NCBI GenBank assembly: GCA_022712785.1
Contig: JAFLJX010000213.1
Location: 1-40,081 of the forward strand
Length of the DNA stretch: 40,081 nucleotides
From: Mycoplasmatota bacterium
Lineage (GTDB): Bacteria > Bacillota_I > Bacilli_A > Izemoplasmatales > Izemoplasmataceae
Direction of reading: 5' to 3'
Shown here one piece after another: positions 29,493-38,767 of this stretch. How positions within the stretch are numbered: position 1 is the stretch's first letter; every line of letters starts with the position of its first letter. The notes beneath the pieces are model-generated. The model was not told where the DNA came from and ran no database searches. It saw only the letters and a program-made list of their open reading frames with translations. A program made the translations under genes and the position numbers.

Positions 29493-32024
29493 ATGGAAGA
29501 TGTTATAAGTGTATATGATAAAATTAAAGATATAAATATTTCAACAGAAATGAAAACATCATTCTTAAGCTATGCTATGAGTGTTATAGTAGCCAGAGCT
29601 TTACCTGATGTAAGAGATGGGTTAAAACCTGTTCATAGAAGAATATTATTTGGTATGGAGGAACTTGGAGTTTATCCTGATAAAGCATATAAAAAATCAG
29701 CACGTATTGTTGGGGATGTTATGGGGAAATACCATCCTCATGGGGATACAGCAATTTATGATGCAATGGTTCGTATGGCACAAACATTTAGTTTCAGATA
29801 CCCTTTAGTTAATGGACATGGGAACTTTGGTTCAATTGACGGGGATGGCGCAGCAGCAATGCGTTATACAGAAGCTAGAATGCATAAAATCACATCTGAA
29901 ATGCTTTCAGATTTAAAAAAAGACACAGTTGATTTTGTAGATAATTATGATGGTTCTGAAAGAGAACCAAGTGTATTACCTTCAAAGTTTCCTAATTTAC
30001 TTGTAAATGGTGCAACAGGAATTGCAGTTGGTATGGCTACAAATATTCCTCCTCATAACTTAGGGGAAGTAATTGACGGAATACTAGCTTATATTGAAAA
30101 CAATGATATTACTGTTGATGAAATTATGGAACATATAAAAGGTCCAGATTTTCCAACTGGTGGAACAATCATGGGAATGACTGGATTAAGAAATGCATAT
30201 GAAACGGGAAATGGCGCTATTAAAGTGCGCGCAAAAACCGAAATTATTGAAACTAAATCAGGTAAAAAGTCAATTATTATAACTGAAATTCCTTATCAAG
30301 TTAATAAATCTAGACTAATAGAAAAGATTGCTGAACTTGCAAAAGATAAAAGAGTTGAAGGAATTACTGATTTAAGAGATGAATCAAATCGTAAAGGAAT
30401 TAGAGTTGTAATTGAATTAAGAAGAGACGTTAATGCTGACGTTGCTTTAAATAACTTATATAAATATACTCCTTTGCAAACTACATTTGGGATTAATATG
30501 TTAGCCTTGGTTGATAATCAGCCTAAAGTATTACCTATTAAAGACACTTTAGTACATTATGTAGCACATCAAATAGAAGTCTTAACAAGAAAAACTATAT
30601 TTGAACTTGCAAAAGCAAAAACAAGAGCTCATATATTAGAGGGTCTAATTATTGCTCTTGATAATATTGATGATATTATAGCTACAATCAGAAATTCTTA
30701 TGATGATGCAGAACTTCAATTGAAAACTAAATATAGCTTATCAACTGAACAAGCAAAAGCAATCCTTGAAATGAGACTTAGAAGACTATCTGGGCTTGAA
30801 AGAGAAAGACTGGAAAACGAGTTATCTGAGCTAACGAAAACAATTGAAGGGTTAGAGTTTATTTTAGCAAATGAGGATGAAAAACTTGAAATAATCAAAG
30901 CTCAATTATTAGATATTAAGAATAGATTTTCTGATCCTAGACGTTCAGAAATTAGTTTATCTATAGATTTGGATATTGAAGATGAAGATTTAATTCCAGT
31001 TGAAGATATTATTATTACAATTACGTCAAGCGGATATTGTAAACGTATGAATACTGAAGTTTACAAATCACAAAATCGTGGTGGTAAAGGAATGACAGGT
31101 ATTAAAACTAATGAAGATGATGTAGTAGATCATATTATTAACTCATCTACTCATGATTACATCTTGTTCTTTACCAACTTAGGTAGAGTTTATAAGATGA
31201 AAGGGTATAAAGTACCTAATTATGGTAGGACTTCAAAAGGATTACCAATAGTTAATTTACTTAACCTTGATGAAGGAGAAACACTTGCAGCAGTTGCTAA
31301 AATAGCTGACTTCGATTCAGATGATTTCTTATTCTTTGCAACAAAACGTGGTGTTGTAAAAAGAACTCCAGTTTCAGATTTTAAAAATATTAGAACATCA
31401 GGAATAAAAGCTATTAATCTACGTGAAGATGATGAGTTAATGGGTGTTAGATTAACTGATGGAGATAGAGATATTATTTTAGGAGCTTCAAATGGTAAAG
31501 CTATTAGATTCCATGAACAAACTGCAAGAGCAATGGGGCGAGTAGCAAGTGGAGTTAGAGGAATTCTAATTAATGAACCAGACGAAGTTGTTGGAATTGC
31601 AGTAGTATCAGAAGAAGAAAATCAAATACTAGTAGTAACGGAAAATGGCTATGGTAAGCGAACTAAAGTTGGAGAGTATCGTCAACAAAACCGTGGAGGT
31701 AAAGGTGTAAAAACTCTAAATATCACTGAAAAAAATGGACAACTCACTAAACTGAGAAGCGTTATTGGAGATGAAGATTTAATCATAACTACAACAAAAG
31801 GTATGATAATTAGACTTCCAATGGAACAAATTGCTACTTCTAAACGCTCAACTCAGGGTGTTAGGTTAATCAAACTGAATGAAGGACAACACGTTGCTAC
31901 TATAGCAATAGTCCCTAAAACAGAAATCGAACAAATTGAAGAAATAGAGGGACAAGAAGTATCAGGAGAGATTGTAGAATCAATTAAAACAGCGGTTGAG
32001 GAAACATCTATTGATACAGAATAG
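29493..32024 (+). CDS. gyrA: DNA gyrase subunit A.
   Basis: [41 protein letters not shown] (QRDR), and [10 protein letters not shown] (catalytic Tyr). It has C-terminal beta-pinwheel repeats and an acidic tail. The start is set to ATG 29493 (AGGAG 9 nt upstream). Confidence 0.95.
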   Translation: MEDVISVYDKIKDINISTEMKTSFLSYAMSVIVARALPDVRDGLKPVHRRILFGMEELGVYPDKAYKKSARIVGDVMGKYHPHGDTAIYDAMVRMAQTFSFRYPLVNGHGNFGSIDGDGAAAMRYTEARMHKITSEMLSDLKKDTVDFVDNYDGSEREPSVLPSKFPNLLVNGATGIAVGMATNIPPHNLGEVIDGILAYIENNDITVDEIMEHIKGPDFPTGGTIMGMTGLRNAYETGNGAIKVRAKTEIIETKSGKKSIIITEIPYQVNKSRLIEKIAELAKDKRVEGITDLRDESNRKGIRVVIELRRDVNADVALNNLYKYTPLQTTFGINMLALVDNQPKVLPIKDTLVHYVAHQIEVLTRKTIFELAKAKTRAHILEGLIIALDNIDDIIATIRNSYDDAELQLKTKYSLSTEQAKAILEMRLRRLSGLERERLENELSELTKTIEGLEFILANEDEKLEIIKAQLLDIKNRFSDPRRSEISLSIDLDIEDEDLIPVEDIIITITSSGYCKRMNTEVYKSQNRGGKGMTGIKTNEDDVVDHIINSSTHDYILFFTNLGRVYKMKGYKVPNYGRTSKGLPIVNLLNLDEGETLAAVAKIADFDSDDFLFFATKRGVVKRTPVSDFKNIRTSGIKAINLREDDELMGVRLTDGDRDIILGASNGKAIRFHEQTARAMGRVASGVRGILINEPDEVVGIAVVSEEENQILVVTENGYGKRTKVGEYRQQNRGGKGVKTLNITEKNGQLTKLRSVIGDEDLIITTTKGMIIRLPMEQIATSKRSTQGVRLIKLNEGQHVATIAIVPKTEIEQIEEIEGQEVSGEIVESIKTAVEETSIDTE

Positions 32025-32036
32025 TATATAAAATAT

Positions 32037-32065
32037 AAAACAGACATTGAAAAATGTCTGTTTTT
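32037..32065 (+). terminator. Intrinsic terminator after gyrA.
   Basis: AAAACAGACATT / GAAA / AATGTCTGTTTT perfect stem followed by a T-run. Confidence 0.8.
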
Positions 32066-32081
32066 AATGAAAATCATTTGA

Positions 32082-32110
32082 TTGACAATTCTAGATTATT
32101 TTGTTATTAT
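32082..32110 (+). promoter_or_regulatory. Sigma-A promoter for the serS leader.
   Basis: TTGACA (32082-32087), a 17-nt spacer, then TATTAT (32105-32110). Confidence 0.6.
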
Positions 32111-32119
32111 CAAGACAAC

Positions 32120-32331
32120 AAAGCGCTGAATTGGCTAAGTAATTTAAGAGTCTTTTTAAAGAGAGTTAGTATTGCTGAAAACTAACAATGACCTTATATG
32201 AAATCTACCAAGGAGTGAGACCAATAATCTCCGGGTTGTACCCGTTATAAAACACTCAAGATAGAGGGAAACCTCTAAATAAGGTGGTACCGCGACGATA
32301 ACTCGCCCTTAAATTTAAGGGCGATTTTTTT
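32120..32331 (+). promoter_or_regulatory. T-box leader (tRNA-Ser responsive) with terminator.
   Basis: AGAGA/GTGAGA k-turn-type elements and a stem I distal hairpin GTTAGT...ACTAAC. The candidate specifier is TCT followed by A at 32204-32207. The T-box sequence AAGGTGGTACCGCG is at 32281-32294, and the terminator TCGCCCTTA/TAAGGGCGA plus T7 is at 32303-32331. Confidence 0.85.
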
Positions 32332-32351
32332 ATTATAAAGGAGGAATTTAT

Positions 32352-33626
32352 ATGTTAGATATTAAAATGATTAGAGAAAATCCAGACAAGTTTGTAGAAT
32401 TACTATCACGTAGAGGAGGAGACTTTTCTTATATATATGATATGGTTGAAAAAGATAAACATAGAAGAGAAATTATCTTACAAGTTGAAAAGATAAAAGC
32501 TATAAGAAATGAAACCAGTAAACAGATTGGTCTTCTTAAACGAGAAAAGAAAGATGCCTCGGAAGTAATGAAAAAAGTTGAAAATATTGGTTCTGAAATA
32601 AAAGCTTTTGAAGTTGAATTAAAAGAAATAGATGAATATATTTATAATACTTTACTTATGACACCTAACTTACCTGACGAATCTATTCCTATTGGTACAA
32701 CAGAAGAGGACAATGTGGAAATTAAAAGAATTGGTGAAATTCCAACATTTGATTTTGAACCACTTCCTCACTGGGATTTAGGAACAAATCTTGATATTTT
32801 AGATTTTGAAAGAGCAAGTAAAATCTCGGGAAGTCGCTTTGTTGTCTACAAAGGGCTAGGTGCAAGATTAGAAAGAGCATTAATTAGTTTTATGCTTGAT
32901 TTACATTCAATTGATCATAATTATAAGGAAATATTGCCGCCGTACATTGTCAACAGAGATTCAATGGTAGCTTCAGGACAATTCCCTAAATTTGAAGAAG
33001 ATGCTTTTAAAGTTCTTGATGAAAGAGAATTATTTTTAAATCCTACTGCTGAAGTACCTACAATTAACCTTCATAGAAGCGAATTAATCCCTGTTGAAGA
33101 TTTACCTATAAGATATACATCTTTTACTACAGCTTTTAGACAAGAAGCTGGGAGTGCAGGTAGAGATACACGTGGAATTATAAGACTACATCAATTTAAT
33201 AAAGTTGAATTAATAAAATTTACTAGACCTGAAAACTCAAATGAAGAGTTACAATCAATGTTAGAAGATAGCGAAAGAGTGTTGAGATTGCTTGAAATAC
33301 CATATAGAGTTGTAAACTTATGTACAGGGGATTTAGGACAATCTATGCGTAAAACATATGATATTGAAGTATGGTTACCGGCATCAAAACAGTATAGAGA
33401 AATTTGTAGTATATCAAATGCGGAAGATTATCAAGCTAGAAGAGCAAATATAAAGTTTAAAAGAACTAAAGATTCAAAACCAGAATATGTTCATACATTA
33501 AATGGTTCTGCACTTGCAGTTGGTAGAACTGTGGTAGCAATTTTAGAGAATTTCCAACAAGAAGATGGTACAATTAGAATACCTAAAGTACTTATACCTT
33601 ATATGAAAACAGATATTATTAAATAG
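32352..33626 (+). CDS. serS: Serine--tRNA ligase.
   Basis: N-terminal coiled-coil arm and class II motifs (FRQEAGSAGRDTRGIIRLHQFNKVE, TLNGSALAVGRTVVAILEN); 424 aa. Confidence 0.95.
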   Translation: MLDIKMIRENPDKFVELLSRRGGDFSYIYDMVEKDKHRREIILQVEKIKAIRNETSKQIGLLKREKKDASEVMKKVENIGSEIKAFEVELKEIDEYIYNTLLMTPNLPDESIPIGTTEEDNVEIKRIGEIPTFDFEPLPHWDLGTNLDILDFERASKISGSRFVVYKGLGARLERALISFMLDLHSIDHNYKEILPPYIVNRDSMVASGQFPKFEEDAFKVLDERELFLNPTAEVPTINLHRSELIPVEDLPIRYTSFTTAFRQEAGSAGRDTRGIIRLHQFNKVELIKFTRPENSNEELQSMLEDSERVLRLLEIPYRVVNLCTGDLGQSMRKTYDIEVWLPASKQYREICSISNAEDYQARRANIKFKRTKDSKPEYVHTLNGSALAVGRTVVAILENFQQEDGTIRIPKVLIPYMKTDIIK

Positions 33627-33635
33627 GAGGAAACT

Positions 33636-35033
33636 ATGAAAACAGATATTATTGAACAAAAAGAATTTAATTTATTATTGGAAAAAAACGATATTGTAAT
33701 AACAAATAATCTAAAAAACGATTTAGTAAAACAGTTAAACAAAATATTTGACGATAAAATTAAAGAGCTTTCAACAGAGCCATTTACCACCATTCATACT
33801 TTAGGGAAATTAGAATCAAAAAGAGTTCATGTTATTAATTTTAAAAAGTTAGATGAATTGAAATATCGCGAAAAAATATTTAAAAGTATTTCTGAATTAA
33901 AAGGTGATGTTACTGTTTTAGTAGATACATTCGAAACTAAAAACACATTCACTGAGATTATAGAAGTGCTTACTGAAAAGTTATTGACAAACAATTATAA
34001 ATTTACAAATCATAAATCTAAAAAAGAAGATAAAGATAAGAACTTCTATTTTTATGGTGAAACAGAAATTTATGACATCGTGAAAAAAGGATATATACTA
34101 GGTGATTGTATGAATCACGCAAAAGATCTAGTTAATACACCATACAACTTCTTAAACGCTAATGATTTAGCAGTTTATTCTCAAAAACTAGAAAGATTCA
34201 ACAACGTAACAGTTGAAATATTTGAAAAAAACCAGATAGAAGAAATGAATATGGGAGCATTTTTAGGTGTTAACAAAGGGTCTATTGAACCTCCAAAACT
34301 AATCCTAGTAAAATATCAAGGTAAAGAAAATTTTGATGACCCAACTGCATTAGTTGGAAAAGGTGTAATGTATGATACTGGGGGATACTCACTTAAAACT
34401 CCTGCAGGAATGCCTGGAATGAAAGTAGATATGGCTGGTTCTGCTGCAGTTATCTCTGCACTTGAAGCAATAGCAAGATTAGAATTAAAAGCCAATGTAA
34501 TGGCAATTGTAGCTGCAACAGACAATAGAATCGGAGATAATGCAATTGTTCCTGACGATATATTAACAGCTGCAAATGGGAAAACCATTGAAATTATATC
34601 AACTGATGCTGAAGGTCGTTTAACTTTAGCGGATGCAGTTTGGTTTGCACAAAAACAAGGAGCTAAGAAAGTTCTTGATACTGCAACATTAACTGGATCA
34701 ATGGTTGCTGCATTAGGCCATGAATTTACTGGAGCATTTACTAACGATCAAGAATTCTATCAAGAATTTTATAAAGCTAGTAAAAGAGCAAAAGAAAAAG
34801 TTTGGGAAATGCCAATATCTAGAGGATACAAAAAACTTATTAAAAGTAAAGTTGCAGACATAAAAAATACTGGTGGAAGATTAGCGGGAGCGAGCACGGC
34901 AGCTCAATTTATATTAGAGTTCATAGAAAAAGATACAAAGTGGATTCACTTGGATATAGCAGGAACAGCTTCAAATGAAAAACAAAGTGCAACTGGAGTT
35001 ATGGTTAAATCATTCACTGAATTCTTTTATTAA
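33636..35033 (+). CDS. pepA: Leucyl aminopeptidase (M17 family).
   Basis: VGKGVMYDTGGYSLK, MKVDMAGSAAV and the signature STDAEGRLTLADA; 465 aa. Confidence 0.9.
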   Translation: MKTDIIEQKEFNLLLEKNDIVITNNLKNDLVKQLNKIFDDKIKELSTEPFTTIHTLGKLESKRVHVINFKKLDELKYREKIFKSISELKGDVTVLVDTFETKNTFTEIIEVLTEKLLTNNYKFTNHKSKKEDKDKNFYFYGETEIYDIVKKGYILGDCMNHAKDLVNTPYNFLNANDLAVYSQKLERFNNVTVEIFEKNQIEEMNMGAFLGVNKGSIEPPKLILVKYQGKENFDDPTALVGKGVMYDTGGYSLKTPAGMPGMKVDMAGSAAVISALEAIARLELKANVMAIVAATDNRIGDNAIVPDDILTAANGKTIEIISTDAEGRLTLADAVWFAQKQGAKKVLDTATLTGSMVAALGHEFTGAFTNDQEFYQEFYKASKRAKEKVWEMPISRGYKKLIKSKVADIKNTGGRLAGASTAAQFILEFIEKDTKWIHLDIAGTASNEKQSATGVMVKSFTEFFY

Positions 35034-35076
35034 GAAAAAGACATTATATTATTAGAATTAAACCAAATAAATAATC

Positions 35077-35117
35077 AAAAAGAGACATTAGATGATTAGT
35101 CTAGCGTCTCTTTTTTT
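35077..35117 (+). terminator. Intrinsic terminator after pepA.
   Basis: AAAAAGAGAC / 19-nt loop / GTCTCTTTTT with a T7 run. Confidence 0.55.
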
Positions 35118-35193
35118 GTGGTAAATACAATATTATAAGTTCATGAAAAATTTCAGTTTTATAAGATTTATTATCTTACTAAAAATAAGAATA

Positions 35194-35430
35194 ATTATAA
35201 ATAACAACCATAAATATTTTTTACTCTAAAGCCTTCAAACAAACTTAAAGTGAAAACACACACATTATAAATAGTGAAATAACAAACAAATATTTTTTAA
35301 AATTACTTATCAGTATAAAAATTATAAATAGTTAGCTATTAAAGTCTATAACATTAAACTTGTGTAAAGGGAAACCGCTATAATTGGTTATTTTAATTTC
35401 TTCTAAAAGGCTCAAAATAAATTATAAATA
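35194..35430. repeat. Four exact copies of ATTATAAATA within degenerate, unevenly spaced repeat units, in a non-coding tract.
   Basis: Copies lie at 35194-35203, 35264-35273, 35321-35330 and 35421-35430. Copies 2 and 3 share ATTATAAATAGT. A second recurring module AACAA(C/A)C..AAAT.ATTTTTTA follows copies 1, 2 and (more loosely) 4. Confidence 0.5.
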
Positions 35431-35582
35431 AGCTCGAATTTTGAAAAAGTGATTAGTAAACAACCCAACAAATGATTTTTACAAATAAGTAGTTTTCTAA
35501 ATAGCAATACTGTGAAATACTAGTTAAATTTTTGGATATTATTATCGTAATATTTTTCACCGACAAAATGGATTTATATAAT

Positions 35583-35611
35583 AAAAACGCTTAAAATTAT
35601 TAAGCGTTTTT
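35583..35611. terminator. Bidirectional intrinsic terminator (serves the HIT gene on the minus strand).
   Basis: AAAAACGCTTAA / AATTA / TTAAGCGTTTTT, flanked by A/T runs, 8 nt from the HIT stop. Confidence 0.75.
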
Positions 35612-35618
35612 ATTGTTT

Positions 35619-36032
35619 TTACATCAAGTTTTTCTTTATCAAAGTAACTAGATTATTAAACTCTTTATCACTTGTGTTTCCATAGTTATTTATTGTTGAT
35701 AATTCCATTCCGTCATTCTTATATCTAGGTATCAAATGTATATGAAAATGGAATACACTTTGAAGGGGTAATTCATTATTACTAACTATATTAATACCAA
35801 TTGGATCAAATGATACTTTAAGAGCTCTTGCAATTTTCGGTATAACTTTAAAAATATTTGCTGCATCTACATCTCTTAGCTCATATACATTCTTTATATG
35901 TTCTTTAGGGATTACTAAAGTGTGACCTTTAGTGCCTTGTGTTATATCAAGAAATGCATATACATTTTCATCTTCGTAGATTTTGTATGAAAACATTTCT
36001 TTGTTTAATATTTTGCAAAAAATACAATCCAT
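35619..36032 (-). CDS. HIT-family (histidine triad) nucleotide hydrolase.
   Basis: CIFCKI N-terminus and the HFHIHLIPR histidine triad; 137 aa. Confidence 0.88.
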   Translation of the reverse strand: MDCIFCKILNKEMFSYKIYEDENVYAFLDITQGTKGHTLVIPKEHIKNVYELRDVDAANIFKVIPKIARALKVSFDPIGINIVSNNELPLQSVFHFHIHLIPRYKNDGMELSTINNYGNTSDKEFNNLVTLIKKNLM

Positions 36033-36035
36033 AAT

Positions 36036-36695
36036 TTATTCCTCCTCAATTATTTTTAATACTCTAAATATATCATTCATTTCTGATAACATAAAGTCAG
36101 GTCTTGCAGTCATTAAATGAGCACTTCCCTTAATGCTCCAAGCAACTCCCCCAGAATATATACCTGCATTTATACCAGATAAAATATCCCCAATGTTATC
36201 CCCGATCATTATAGCATTACTAACATTCTTGAATTTACTTAGGGCAACATCTATTGGTTCCCTATTAGGCTTAGGATGGCTAACATCGTCTAGAGCAACA
36301 AAAACACTAAAGAAGTCTTGCAAATTGTAATGTGTAAAACTTGGCCATGCTGCTGATTTAAATTTTGATGTAACAATGCCTAAGTTATAACCTTTTTTAC
36401 TTAATTTCTCAAGAGTTTCTATTACTCCAGGGTATATTTCAAAGCTCTCAAATTCAAATTCGACATAATACTTCCTATATGATTCAATCATCGATTGAAT
36501 TGTAAAAGGGTCATTTGTAAAATTTCCAAATGTCTCGTTTAATGTTGGACCAATAAAAGTCATTATTTTTTCTCTTGTTAAAACTAATTCAGGAAAATGA
36601 GTCTCAAAAGTAGAGATAAAACTGTCAATAATAATTTCGTTTGTGTTTATTAAAGTTCCGTCTAAATCGAATAGTATTGTATTTATCTTTTTCAT
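36036..36695 (-). CDS. HAD-superfamily phosphatase (PpaX / phosphoglycolate phosphatase-like).
   Basis: ILFDLDGTLINT motif I, VTSK motif II, GDNIGDI motif III; 219 aa; AAGGTGA RBS. Confidence 0.8.
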   Translation of the reverse strand: MKKINTILFDLDGTLINTNEIIIDSFISTFETHFPELVLTREKIMTFIGPTLNETFGNFTNDPFTIQSMIESYRKYYVEFEFESFEIYPGVIETLEKLSKKGYNLGIVTSKFKSAAWPSFTHYNLQDFFSVFVALDDVSHPKPNREPIDVALSKFKNVSNAIMIGDNIGDILSGINAGIYSGGVAWSIKGSAHLMTARPDFMLSEMNDIFRVLKIIEEE

Positions 36696-36806
36696 AAAAT
36701 CACCTTAAACTATTCTACCATATTTAATATATTTTCAACAACACTGTAAAAAGAATTGAATTATTTATTAAATGGTGTAAAATATATATCGGTTAGGAGT
36801 GATGAG

Positions 36807-37769
36807 ATGTCTAATATTATTCAAGAATTAAAAGGCAAAATTAATGGTAAAGGGCTCAAGATTGTATTTCCAGAGTCTTCAGACAAAAGAATTTTAGAAG
36901 CTGCAGAAAAATTATCAAAAGAGGGATTACTTATACCTATAATAATAGGGAACCCGAAAACAATTTCAAAAGAATTTGATTTATCTATGTGTACAATTAT
37001 TGATCCTAATAATTGTGATGAATATGATGATATGGTTAAATTATTTGTTGCTAGAAGAAAAGGTAAAGCGACTGTTGAACAAGCAAAAGAGTTAATTTTA
37101 GATATAAATTACTTTGGTACGATGCTTGTATATATGGGGCTTGCCGATGGATTAGTAAGTGGAGCAACACGCTCTACTGGCGACACTGTGAGACCTGCAT
37201 TACAAATTATAAAAACTAAACCTGGTATTTCAAGAACCTTCGGTTATTTCTTAATGGTTAGAGATGAAGAAAAATATATTTTCGCAGATTGCGCAATAAA
37301 TCCAAATCCTACAGCAGAAATGCTCGCTGAATTTGCAGTTGAATCTGCAAAAGCCGCAGAAATGTTTGGAATGACGCCTAAAGTTGCACTTCTATCTTTT
37401 TCAACAAACGGTAGTGCAGACACAGAAGAAACACAAAAAGTTTCATTGGCAACGAAGCTTGCTAAAGAAAAGAATTCAGGTTACCAGATAGATGGAGAAA
37501 TGCAATTTGATGCTGCTTTCATGTCTACTGTAGGTGCTAAAAAGTATCCTGAAAGTAAAGTTGCCGGGCAAGCAAATACATTTATTTTCCCTGACCTAAA
37601 CTCAGGAAATATTGGGTATAAAATAGCACAAAGATTAGGTAATTTTGATGCTATGGGACCAGTGTTAGCTGGACTAAATAGTCCTGTGAACGATTTATCT
37701 AGAGGATGTAGCGCTGAAGATGTATATAAAACAGCAATAATTACAGCCTCACAAGTTTTAGTAAATTAA
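36807..37769 (+). CDS. pta: Phosphate acetyltransferase.
   Basis: KIVFPESSDKRILEAA, the GLADGLVSGA..ST.DT.RPALQIIKT core and a C-terminal DLSRGCS. The start is set to ATG 36807 (AGGAG upstream) rather than TTG 36756. Confidence 0.9.
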   Translation: MSNIIQELKGKINGKGLKIVFPESSDKRILEAAEKLSKEGLLIPIIIGNPKTISKEFDLSMCTIIDPNNCDEYDDMVKLFVARRKGKATVEQAKELILDINYFGTMLVYMGLADGLVSGATRSTGDTVRPALQIIKTKPGISRTFGYFLMVRDEEKYIFADCAINPNPTAEMLAEFAVESAKAAEMFGMTPKVALLSFSTNGSADTEETQKVSLATKLAKEKNSGYQIDGEMQFDAAFMSTVGAKKYPESKVAGQANTFIFPDLNSGNIGYKIAQRLGNFDAMGPVLAGLNSPVNDLSRGCSAEDVYKTAIITASQVLVN

Positions 37770-37792
37770 AAAAGCTGCTTGCAGCTTTTTTA
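37768..37792 (+). terminator. Intrinsic terminator after pta.
   Basis: AAAAAGCTGC / TT / GCAGCTTTTTT. Confidence 0.7.
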
Positions 37793-37835
37793 ATTACTTA
37801 GATTTCGTTATATAATATGTTATAATATTTATTGA

Positions 37836-38765
37836 TTGAAAAAAAGGGGGGGTATTATTAAAAATTGTATAATTATATATAACCCAGAGAGTGGGAAAAA
37901 AGATTTCGTTAATCATCTTGATTACGTTGTTAAGAGACTTGAAAATTCTGGATATAATACTTCAGTTGTTGCTACAGAAAGACCAAGACATGCTATAAGT
38001 TTGGCTAAAGAAGCGTGTTTATCAGAAGTTGATCTATTGGTTATCTCCGGTGGAGATGGAACCATTCATGAATGTATAAATGGAATTGCTGTTTGCGAAT
38101 TCAAACCAAAAATTGGATATATACCATCTGGGACATCTTGCGATTTTGCCAGCACACTCAGAATACCTAAAAATGTCATTAAAGCTATGGATATTGTTTT
38201 AGAAGGTGAAGCTGTCAAAATGGATATAGCTAAAAGTAATAGTGGGTATTTTCTTTACGTAAACGCTATTGGGACTTATGTGGACATATCATATGTTACG
38301 GATTCTAAGTTAAAGAAACATCTTGGCTATTTTGCATATCTAGTAACTGGATTAAAAGAGTTTTTCACTATTCCAATGATGAAAGCTAAGATAGAACATG
38401 ATAACGGTATACTAAGAGGGTATTTTTCTCTTATAATGGTTATTAATTCAAGAAAAGTTGCAGGATTCAACATTGTAAATAAGCCTGTATTAGATGATGG
38501 ATTAGTAGATTTAGTTGCATACAGATACATTCCTTTATTTAATAATATAATATATTTTATTTCGTTTGTTTTAGGACCAAGATTTTTACCTGCGGTTTAT
38601 AGGATTCAAACTTCTAAGTTGAAAATTTATACAGATCATCACCATAAATGGAATACTGATGGTGAAGAATCAAACTCGGGTAATTTAAATATAGAGGTTC
38701 AAAAACAAGCTATTAGAGTTATTGTTGGTTCGAGTGTGAAAAATAAATACTTCAAGGAGCAATGA
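37836..38765 (+). CDS. Diacylglycerol kinase-family lipid kinase (DagK/YegS-like).
   Basis: IIIYNPESGKK, LVISGGDGTIHE and GYIPSGTSCDFA motifs. The start codon is uncertain: either TTG 37836 with no SD, or an in-frame ATT at 37854/37857 after an AAGGGGGGG tract. Confidence 0.8.
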   Translation: MKKRGGIIKNCIIIYNPESGKKDFVNHLDYVVKRLENSGYNTSVVATERPRHAISLAKEACLSEVDLLVISGGDGTIHECINGIAVCEFKPKIGYIPSGTSCDFASTLRIPKNVIKAMDIVLEGEAVKMDIAKSNSGYFLYVNAIGTYVDISYVTDSKLKKHLGYFAYLVTGLKEFFTIPMMKAKIEHDNGILRGYFSLIMVINSRKVAGFNIVNKPVLDDGLVDLVAYRYIPLFNNIIYFISFVLGPRFLPAVYRIQTSKLKIYTDHHHKWNTDGEESNSGNLNIEVQKQAIRVIVGSSVKNKYFKEQ

Positions 38766-38767
38766 TA

